Below are positions 56,570 through 64,000 of a stretch of 64,000 nt of DNA, piece by piece. Below the pieces are notes generated by a model that did not search any database, was not told the DNA's origin, and saw only the letters and a program-made list of their open reading frames with translations. Every line of letters starts with the position of its first letter. Position 1 is the first letter of the stretch. Made by a program: the position numbers and the translations under genes. Origin of the DNA: Azospirillum sp. (GTDB lineage: Bacteria; Pseudomonadota; Alphaproteobacteria; Azospirillales; Azospirillaceae); the NCBI GenBank assembly GCA_035629155.1, contig DASPIO010000028.1, positions 23,762 through 87,761 on the forward strand, in the 5' to 3' direction.

Positions 56570-58381
56570 GTGGCCTTCACCTACACCGTGGTCGACACCG
56601 GCCAGACCAGCTTCTACGGCAACACCAACACCATTACCCGTCCCTCCACGGGTGCCGACTTCCATGGCCAGGACGCCACCTACAGCGGCAACCAGCCCTC
56701 CTACCGCAACAACAGCGACGGCACGGTCAGCGACCTCAACACCGGCCTGACCTGGGCGCAGGCGCCGACGACGTCCAAGCTGACGTGGAGCGCCGCCGTG
56801 TCGAACGGCGAGTCCCTGGTGCTGGGCGGCCACGACGACTGGCGACTGCCCTCCATCAAGGAGCTGTACTCGCTGATCAAATTCAGCGGCAGCACCGGCA
56901 CCAGCGCCGCCACCTCCACCCCCTACATCGACAACAGCGTCTTCGGCTTCCAGTACGAGAGCACCAGCACCGGCTCCCGCTTCATCGACTGCCAGTACTG
57001 GTCCGCCACCCCGTACCTGGGCACCACCATGCAGGGCGACCCGACGGCGTTCGGCGTGAACTTCGCCGACGGGCGCATCAAGGGTTACCCGGTCACCGTG
57101 AACGGCAAGGAGCATACGCTCTACGCCCTTTACGTGCGCGGCAACACCAGCTACGGCGTCAACGACTTCCGCGACAACGGCGACGGCACCGTGACCGACC
57201 TTGCCACCGGGCTGATGTGGGCCAAGGCCGACAGCGGCACCGGTATGGAGTGGAAGCAGGCCCTGTCCTACGCCGAGGGCGCCACCACCGGCGGCTATTC
57301 CGACTGGCGCCTGCCCAACGCCAAGGAGCTGGAGAGCATCGTCGACTACTCCCGCTCCCCCGCCGCCAGCGACCCCGCCCAGCTCGGCCCCGCGATCGAC
57401 CCGGTGTTCTCCATCACCAACATCGGCAGCGCCGCCTCTCCCGATTATCCCTACTACTGGAGCGGCACGACGCACGTGGAGGGCGGCACCGGCGACTACG
57501 CCGTCTACCAGACGGTCGGCAAGGCCTGGGGCTTCATGAACTTCGGCAGCGGCACCCAGCTCACCGACGTGCACGGCGCCGGCTCCCAGCGCAGCGACCC
57601 GAAGACCGGCGACGCGTCGGACTACCCCACCGGCCACGGCCCGCAGGGCGACGTCATCCGCGTCGACAATTACGTCCGCGTGGTGCGCGACGCAGGATCC
57701 TCGGCCACGGCGGGTCAAAGCGTGCCCGGCACCGACGCGGCGCAAACGCTCACCGCCGGCACCGGCAACGACACCGTGTCGGCCGGCGGCGGGGCCGACG
57801 TGGTGTCCGGTCTGGCCGGGCGCGACGTGCTGTACGGCGAGGCCGGCGCCGACACGCTGTGGGGCGGCGACAACGCCGACGTGCTGTACGGCGGCGCCGA
57901 CGCGGACGCGCTGTACGGCAACCTGGGCCTCGACACGCTGTACGGCGGCGAGGCCGGCGACGTCCTGTTCGGCGGCCAGGGCAACGACCTGCTGTATGGC
58001 GAGGCCGGTGCCGACGCCCTCTACGGCAACCTCGCCGCCGACGTGCTGTATGGTGGCGCCGAGGCGGATTCGCTGTTCGGCGGCCAGGGCAACGACGCGC
58101 TCTACGGCGGGGACGACGCCGACGTGCTGTGGGGCAACCTGGGGTCCGACACCATGACCGGCGGCGGCGGCGCCGACCGCTTCGGCGTGGGCAGCGGCGC
58201 CGACACCGTCACCGACTTCAGCTACAGCGAAGGCGACCGCATCGTCCGCTCCTCCGGCATGACTTGGACCGCCAGTGACGGCAGCGGCGGCGCCGTGGTC
58301 TCATTGTCCAACGGCGCCCAGGTGACGCTGACGGGCGTCAAGGCCAGCGCCGTCACCGCCGACTGGTTCGTCACGGGATAG
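56570..58381 (+). CDS. Tandem DUF1566 (Lcl-like) protein with C-terminal RTX Ca-binding repeats
   Basis: Two [16 protein letters not shown] / WRLPxxKEL modules plus many GGxGxDxLxG nonapeptides. Confidence 0.88.
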   Translation: MAFTYTVVDTGQTSFYGNTNTITRPSTGADFHGQDATYSGNQPSYRNNSDGTVSDLNTGLTWAQAPTTSKLTWSAAVSNGESLVLGGHDDWRLPSIKELYSLIKFSGSTGTSAATSTPYIDNSVFGFQYESTSTGSRFIDCQYWSATPYLGTTMQGDPTAFGVNFADGRIKGYPVTVNGKEHTLYALYVRGNTSYGVNDFRDNGDGTVTDLATGLMWAKADSGTGMEWKQALSYAEGATTGGYSDWRLPNAKELESIVDYSRSPAASDPAQLGPAIDPVFSITNIGSAASPDYPYYWSGTTHVEGGTGDYAVYQTVGKAWGFMNFGSGTQLTDVHGAGSQRSDPKTGDASDYPTGHGPQGDVIRVDNYVRVVRDAGSSATAGQSVPGTDAAQTLTAGTGNDTVSAGGGADVVSGLAGRDVLYGEAGADTLWGGDNADVLYGGADADALYGNLGLDTLYGGEAGDVLFGGQGNDLLYGEAGADALYGNLAADVLYGGAEADSLFGGQGNDALYGGDDADVLWGNLGSDTMTGGGGADRFGVGSGADTVTDFSYSEGDRIVRSSGMTWTASDGSGGAVVSLSNGAQVTLTGVKASAVTADWFVTG

Positions 58382-58430
58382 GACGGGAACACGCCTTGCC
58401 CTTTCCCGCCGCCTGCGCCAAGCTCAACCC

Positions 58431-59948
58431 ATGCTGACCCTGCGCCGCCTGGCGATCGACACCTTCCGCGAGAACGTCGCGTTCCTCAACCGCCGCTGCA
58501 CCGTCTACCGTGTGGAGGACTTCCTCGGGCTCGGCCGGGTGGAGGTCACGGGCGGCGGCAAGGCGATGCTCGCCGTCCTCAACCTCGTCGAGGACCCGGC
58601 CATCCTCGGTCCCGACGAGATCGGCCTGTCCACCGCCGCCTTCCGCCACCTGGGCCTGCCCGAGGGCGCCAGGGTGCAGGTGGAGCACCCCACCCCGCCG
58701 CGCAGCTTCGACCTCGTCCGCGCCAAGGCCAGCGGCGCCACGCTGTCGCACGGCGATCTGGCGGCGGTGATCCGCGACGTGGCGGCGCAGCGCTATTCGA
58801 AGATCGAGATCGCCGCCTTCCTCATCGCTTGCGCCGCCTTCATGACCACGGACGAGGTGCTGGGCCTGACCCGCGCCATGATCGACGTGGGCAGCCGGCT
58901 GACGTGGGACGTCGGCCCCATCGCTGACAAGCACTGCATCGGCGGCGTGCCGGGCAACCGCACCTCCATGATCGTCGTGCCCATCGTCGCCGCGCACGGC
59001 CTGCCGATCCCCAAGACCTCGTCGCGCGCCATCACCTCGCCCGCCGGCACGGCCGACACCATGGAGGTGCTGGCCAACGTCGACGTCGGCGTCGAGCACA
59101 TGCAGGAGCTGGTGCGCACCGTGAAGGGCTGTCTCGTCTGGGGCGGCCACGTCAATCTGTCGCCGGCCGACGACGTGCTGATCTCCGTCGAGCGGCCGCT
59201 GGCGGTGGACACGCGCGAACAGCTCGTCGCCTCCATCCTGTCGAAGAAGGCGGCGGCCGGTTCCACCAACCTGCTGGTCGACATCCCTGTCGGCCCCACC
59301 GCCAAGGTGCGCACGCAGGGCGAGGCGGTGCGCCTGCGCAAGCTGTTCGAATACGTGGGCGACCAGCTCGGCCTGACGCTGGACGTGGCGATCACCGACG
59401 GCTCCCAGCCGGTGGGATTCGGCATCGGCCCGGTGCTGGAGGCGCGCGACGTCATGGCCGTGCTGCGCGGCGACCCCGCCGCCCCGGCCGACCTGCGCGA
59501 GAACGCCCTGCATCTCGCCGGCCGCATCCTGGAGTTCGACCCGGCGGTGCGCGGCGGCAGCGGCTATCGCCGCGCACGCGAGCTGTTGGAGGGGGGCGAG
59601 GCGCTGCGAACCATGGAACACATCATGGAACACCAGGGGCCGCCGCCGGCCCGGGCGACGCTCGGCACCCTGGTGCACGAGGTGGTGGCGCCCAAGGACG
59701 GCATGGTGGAGGCCATCGACTGCTACCGCATCGCGCGCATCGCCCGGCTGGCCGGCGCGCCGGTGGACAAGGGGGCGGGCATCGACCTGCTGCACAAGGT
59801 GGGGGCGCGCGTGCGCAAAGGCGAACCGCTGTACCGCATCCACGCCAACACCCGCCCCGACTTCGCCTTCGCCCGCACGATGGCGGAGGAGGACCCCGGC
59901 ATCCACGTGAATGGCATCCTTGTGAACGGCCTGGGAGGTGCCGCATGA
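58431..59948 (+). CDS. Thymidine/AMP phosphorylase family protein
   Basis: [28 protein letters not shown] motifs, plus the N-terminal domain seen in AMP phosphorylases. Confidence 0.93.
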   Translation: MLTLRRLAIDTFRENVAFLNRRCTVYRVEDFLGLGRVEVTGGGKAMLAVLNLVEDPAILGPDEIGLSTAAFRHLGLPEGARVQVEHPTPPRSFDLVRAKASGATLSHGDLAAVIRDVAAQRYSKIEIAAFLIACAAFMTTDEVLGLTRAMIDVGSRLTWDVGPIADKHCIGGVPGNRTSMIVVPIVAAHGLPIPKTSSRAITSPAGTADTMEVLANVDVGVEHMQELVRTVKGCLVWGGHVNLSPADDVLISVERPLAVDTREQLVASILSKKAAAGSTNLLVDIPVGPTAKVRTQGEAVRLRKLFEYVGDQLGLTLDVAITDGSQPVGFGIGPVLEARDVMAVLRGDPAAPADLRENALHLAGRILEFDPAVRGGSGYRRARELLEGGEALRTMEHIMEHQGPPPARATLGTLVHEVVAPKDGMVEAIDCYRIARIARLAGAPVDKGAGIDLLHKVGARVRKGEPLYRIHANTRPDFAFARTMAEEDPGIHVNGILVNGLGGAA

Positions 59949-60832
59949 CCCGCTACACCGGCGTCTACGCCTTCCCGGAATCGGCGGACGCGGCGGAGCG
60001 GCTGGCCGACCGCCTGGGCCTGCCCTGTTTCACCGCCGAGTTGCACCGCTTCCCCGACGGCGAGAGCCTCGTGCGCTGCCCGGAGCGGGTGGAGCGCGCC
60101 ATCCTCTACCGCTCGCTCGACAACCCGAACGACAAGCTGATCGAGATCGTGCTGGCCGCCTCCGTCCTGCGGCGCGAGGGCGCCAAGGAGCTGTGCCTCG
60201 TGGCGCCGTACATGGCCTACATGCGCCAGGACGCGGTGTTCCGCCCCGGCGAGCCGGTCAGCCAGAAGGTGATCGGCGCGTGGCTGGCCCAGCACTTCGA
60301 CCGCATCGTCTGCGTCGAGCCGCACCTGCACCGCACCGGCCAGTTGGACGAGGTGTTTCCCGGACGCGCCGCCGACGCGCTGTCCGCCGCCCCGGTCCTG
60401 GCCGAACGGCTGGGCGCCTGGGGTGTCACCCCCGACACGGTTCTGGTCGGCCCCGACGAGGAGTCCGCCCCCTTGATCGAGGCGACGGCCGCCGGCCTCG
60501 GCCTGTCCTGGACGGTGGCCGGCAAGGAACGGCGCGGCGACCGCGACGTGACCGTGACCCTGCCCGAAACGGCCGACCTCGCCGGCCGCCCGGTGGTGAT
60601 CCTGGACGACGTGGTGAGTTCCGGCGAGACGATCCTGTCCTCCGCGCGGGCGGTTGTGGCGCGCGGCGGTGGCCCCATGCGCGTCATCGGCGTGCACGCC
60701 CTGCACGCGGGCGACGTGGCCACGCGCTTCGCCGCCGCCGGGATCGAAGCGTTCGAATCCTGCGACGGCGTCCCGCACGCCTCCAACGCCATCCCGCTCG
60801 CCCCGCTTCTGGCGGAAGCGCTGAAGCGATGA
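59945..60832 (+). CDS. Ribose-phosphate pyrophosphokinase family protein
   Basis: [28 protein letters not shown]. Confidence 0.92.
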   Translation: MTRYTGVYAFPESADAAERLADRLGLPCFTAELHRFPDGESLVRCPERVERAILYRSLDNPNDKLIEIVLAASVLRREGAKELCLVAPYMAYMRQDAVFRPGEPVSQKVIGAWLAQHFDRIVCVEPHLHRTGQLDEVFPGRAADALSAAPVLAERLGAWGVTPDTVLVGPDEESAPLIEATAAGLGLSWTVAGKERRGDRDVTVTLPETADLAGRPVVILDDVVSSGETILSSARAVVARGGGPMRVIGVHALHAGDVATRFAAAGIEAFESCDGVPHASNAIPLAPLLAEALKR

Positions 60833-60855
60833 CACCCACACCTCCCGAGGCTCCG

Positions 60856-62433
60856 ATGACGCACACCCTGACCTTCCACGGAGCCGCCGGGACGGTGACC
60901 GGGTCCTGTTTCAGGCTGCACACGCCGGGCGGCGACGTGCTGGTCGACTGCGGGCTGTTCCAGGGCACCAAGACCATCAAGGAGCTGAACTACCGCCCCT
61001 TCCCCTTCGACCCGAAGGCGATCCGGGCGGTGCTGCTCACCCACGCGCACATCGACCATTCCGGTCTGGTGCCGAAGCTGACGCGCCTGGGCTTCAAGGG
61101 GCGCGTGCATGCCACCGACGCCACCACCGACCTGCTGGGCTGCATGCTGCCCGACAGCGGCTACATCCAGGAGACCGAGGTCGAGCGCCTGAACCGCCGC
61201 AACCGCCAGCGCGGCCGGCCGCCGGTGCAGCCGATCTACACGCAGGACGACGCCCGGCAGGCGCTGGAACACCTGCGCGGCCACGACTACGGCGACTGGT
61301 TCGATGTGGTGGCCGGCGTGCGCGCCCGGTTCTGGCCGGCCGGGCACATCCTGGGCTCCGCCTCGCTGGAGGTCGAACTGGAGGCGAAGGGCGGGCCGAT
61401 GCGCCTCGTCTTCTCCGGCGACGTCGGGCCGGGCGGCAAGGTCTTCCACCAGGACGCCGACGCCCCCGTCACCCCCGACTGGCTGGTGATGGAGACCACC
61501 TACGGCGACCGCGAGCGCGCGGAGGCGACCACCGAACAGCGCCAGGCCCTGCTGCGCGACGAGGTGGCGGCGGCGCTGTCGGCCGGCGGCACGCTGCTGA
61601 TCCCCGTCTTCGCCGTGGAGCGCACGCAGGAACTGCTCTACGACCTCGGCCGGCTGTTCGACACCGGGCGGCTGCCGCCCGCCGAGGTGTTCCTCGACTC
61701 CCCCCTGGCCGACGCGGTGACCGAGGTGTTCCGCCGCCATAAGGACGAACTGGGACCGGAACTGCACGGCCGCGACCCGTTCGAGCGGCCCAACGTCCAC
61801 CGCGTCCAGTCGGTGCAGGAGAGCATGCGGCTGAACAGCCTCGCGCGCGGCGGCATCATCATGGCCGCCAGCGGCATGTGCGACGCCGGCCGCATCCGCC
61901 ACCACCTGAAGAGCCATCTGTGGCGGCCGGAAGCCACCGTGCTGCTGGTGGGCTATCAGGCGCCGGGCACGCTGGGCCGCATCCTCCAGCAGGGTGCGGA
62001 GCGGGTGCGCATCCATGGCGAGGAGATCCAGGTCCGCGCGCGTATCCGCACGCTGGACGTCTACTCCGGCCACGCCGACCGCAGTGGGCTGCTCGATTGG
62101 CTGGACGAGCGCCAGGGCGTGAAGCGCGGCCTGTTCCTGGTGCACGGCGAGGGCGGGGCGCGCGAGTCGATCCGCCAGGCGCTGGTCGCCAGGGGCTGGG
62201 ACGCCGCGCGCATCCACCTGCCGGACTTGGACGAGACGGTGGACATCGCCGGCGCGACAGGGGCCGCGGTACGGGAGGCGGAGCCGCGCCTCGCCCCGGC
62301 GGCACTGGGGCCGGACTGGCACAACACCTACGCCGAAACGCTGCTGGACCTGGGCGAGGCGCTGCGCAACGCCCCCGACGACCGGACCCGCGAACGCCTG
62401 CTGGAGCGCGTGCGGGCAGCGCTCGCCCCATGA
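60856..62433 (+). CDS. MBL/beta-CASP RNA-processing-type nuclease
   Basis: GAAGTVTGSC, LTHAHIDHSG, ETTYGDR, AASGMCDAGRI, YSGHAD. Confidence 0.93.
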   Translation: MTHTLTFHGAAGTVTGSCFRLHTPGGDVLVDCGLFQGTKTIKELNYRPFPFDPKAIRAVLLTHAHIDHSGLVPKLTRLGFKGRVHATDATTDLLGCMLPDSGYIQETEVERLNRRNRQRGRPPVQPIYTQDDARQALEHLRGHDYGDWFDVVAGVRARFWPAGHILGSASLEVELEAKGGPMRLVFSGDVGPGGKVFHQDADAPVTPDWLVMETTYGDRERAEATTEQRQALLRDEVAAALSAGGTLLIPVFAVERTQELLYDLGRLFDTGRLPPAEVFLDSPLADAVTEVFRRHKDELGPELHGRDPFERPNVHRVQSVQESMRLNSLARGGIIMAASGMCDAGRIRHHLKSHLWRPEATVLLVGYQAPGTLGRILQQGAERVRIHGEEIQVRARIRTLDVYSGHADRSGLLDWLDERQGVKRGLFLVHGEGGARESIRQALVARGWDAARIHLPDLDETVDIAGATGAAVREAEPRLAPAALGPDWHNTYAETLLDLGEALRNAPDDRTRERLLERVRAALAP

Positions 62434-62543
62434 TTCCTGCGACCGATTGGCGAGCGCGGAGAAACGCTTTGCAATTCCTTAACCGAACGTTGGAGAGTAT
62501 TGCACCAATGTAACGGTGCTATCCGGTAACGGGAGGACGCCCC

Positions 62544-63077
62544 ATGGCAAAGCAGGCGACGGTGGCGAACCCGCGCGTGGCGAACGTCGTCAAACAGATG
62601 GCCCGCAAGCTGCAGGACGACATCGCCGCGCTGGCGCGTCGCCGCGACGCCGGGCCACCCAAGACGTTCCCGCAGTTCCGCGAAATCCGGAACATGAACA
62701 TGGACATCCAGGGCCTGTTCTTCTCGATCGAGGAGCGCATCGCCGAGGCCGGGGAGCTGCTGCCGCCCAACTTCCCCCAATGGCTGGTGCGCCAGAAGCT
62801 GAACACGCTGGCGATCTTCACCGACATCAGCCACGCCTTCATCGGCAACCCGCCGCTGGCGCTGACTTCCTCGCTGGGCGCCTTCGACGTACTGTTGTCG
62901 GAGCAGAAGGCGTTCAAGGAGGTGCTGGAGTACTTCGACATGATGCTCTTCGAGGCGGGCATCGACGACAAGACCGCCGACGAGCTGGACGCCACCCGCA
63001 CCAAGATCGAGGAGGTGCTGGTGATGATCGAAAACCTGCTCGACAAGAGCCCGAAGGTGCTCCAGGAATTCGACTGA
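62544..63077 (+). CDS. Hypothetical protein
   Basis: GGGAGG RBS; host-like codon usage. Confidence 0.7.
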   Translation: MAKQATVANPRVANVVKQMARKLQDDIAALARRRDAGPPKTFPQFREIRNMNMDIQGLFFSIEERIAEAGELLPPNFPQWLVRQKLNTLAIFTDISHAFIGNPPLALTSSLGAFDVLLSEQKAFKEVLEYFDMMLFEAGIDDKTADELDATRTKIEEVLVMIENLLDKSPKVLQEFD

Positions 63078-63112
63078 CCCGGATTCCCCATCACCCTCGA
63101 CGAGTGACGACG

Positions 63113-63511
63113 ATGCCCTCCCCCGCCGATCCGAAGGACGCGTTGCGCGCGCTGCTGGAGACGTACCTGCGTTGCCCGGTACAGCCGGTGTTGACCGACC
63201 TGGAGCAGGGACTGCGCGCCTATCAGACCGAGTGGATCCACGCCCGCGCCGGTGCCGATGCGCCGCCTGCCGCGGCGCCGGGCAAGGCCGGCCTGCCCAA
63301 GGCGAAGTTCAAGGTGGACGGCGCCGACCGCGCGGTGCTGGAGCGCATGGCCGACGGCTGGGTGCCGACCGCCGCCGAGGTGCCGCGCTGGGCGTGGTTC
63401 GAGGACCGCGAGCTGGTGACGCTGGAGCCCAACCCGGCCGGCTCCGGCCCCGACATCCTGCGCCTGCTGCCCGAGGGCTGGCGCAGCATCGGCCGCACCC
63501 CGCCGGGGTAA
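63113..63511 (+). CDS. Hypothetical protein
   Basis: MPSPADPKDALR...; host-like codon usage. Confidence 0.6.
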   Translation: MPSPADPKDALRALLETYLRCPVQPVLTDLEQGLRAYQTEWIHARAGADAPPAAAPGKAGLPKAKFKVDGADRAVLERMADGWVPTAAEVPRWAWFEDRELVTLEPNPAGSGPDILRLLPEGWRSIGRTPPG

Positions 63512-63616
63512 GACGGCCGCTGCGGGCGAGTTGGCTCATGGTTGCGGGGCACGCACCGGAATGCGCGCTTGAATGTTATGCGTTACGCAACATATAACAG
63601 CCTCCGGAGGCTGGGT

Positions 63617-63940
63617 TTGGCGATACGGAACTACGCGGACAAACGCACCGCCTCCTTCGTGTCGGGGGAGCGCGTGCGCGCATTTGAAAGCATCGCACGT
63701 CAGGCGGCGAAGGGGATTGCCAAGCTTCAGAGCGTGACGCGCTTGATCGAACTGCGCAACCCGCCATCGAACCGGTTCGAAGCGCTGGAAGGTGACCGCC
63801 AGGGACAGTACAGCATCCGGATCAACGACCAATGGCGAATCTGCTTCCGTTGAGCCTTCACCGAATCCGCTCCCGAAAGCACCGACGATTTGTTGATCCC
63901 CGGGGAACCCTGGGACGTCGAAATCACCGATTACCATTAG
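63617..63940 (+). pseudogene. higB: HigB (RelE-like) toxin with an internal TGA at 63851-63853
   Basis: GGAGG-TTG start; PPSNRFEALEGDRQGQYSIRINDQWRICFR*; the same frame continues to GEPWDVEITDYH-TAG, the conserved HigB C-terminus. Confidence 0.88.
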
Positions 63941-63950
63941 GAGCCCAGCC

Positions 63951-64000
63951 GTGCCCCACACCGCGACCGACAACCTGCCGGCCATCCATCCTGGTGAGAT
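63951..64000 (+). CDS. higA: HigA antitoxin, N-terminus (partial)
   Basis: AGGAG, then GTG...LPAIHPGE; HPGE is the HigA/VapI signature, directly after higB. Confidence 0.85.
   Translation, partial: MPHTATDNLPAIHPGE

Noticed and set aside
57760-58210. Regular short repeats resembling an array
   Set aside because: They encode RTX nonapeptides in frame and have no unique spacers; not CRISPR.

Overview
GC-rich, probably alphaproteobacterial DNA (the gene content resembles Azospirillum/Rhodospirillales; this is inference) in three parts. (1) 1-30217: early, lysis, head and proximal tail regions of a Mu-like transposable prophage, almost all on the minus strand. It runs repressor/ner, MuA, MuB, early accessory genes, gemA, Mor/C activator, endolysin, terminase, portal, MuF, protease/scaffold, capsid, tail tube, G/GT chaperone and the start of the tape measure. 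Its left end is the ...CA at 30216-30217, and the rest lies upstream of the window. (2) 30956-39462: a separate 8,507-bp element bounded by TG...CA Mu-type ends with a perfect 5-bp target duplication (GACGC). It has no transposase, integrase, portal or terminase. It does carry its own divergent Mor activator, protease/scaffold, major capsid protein, short tape measure, tail chaperone G (without the frameshift site), a proteasome-beta-like Ntn protein and a small repressor/antirepressor switch. Its ends, putative pac region and late promoter closely match the neighbouring prophage. The best reading is a non-autonomous transposable (Mu-end) phage satellite that borrows the helper's transposition and packaging machinery and remodels its virion; this is the main finding. 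Both elements interrupt the same host MBL-hydrolase gene, 738 bp apart. (3) 39463-64000: host chromosome with clpP, GT2, cpdA-like phosphodiesterase, RND pump, hemerythrin, degenerate Fic, corA, cytochrome c, nifJ plus a DHOD-like gene, a DUF1566/RTX protein, a thymidine phosphorylase-PRS-beta-CASP cluster, and higBA with a nonsense-mutated toxin. All family calls come from motif recognition by eye; no database search was run.
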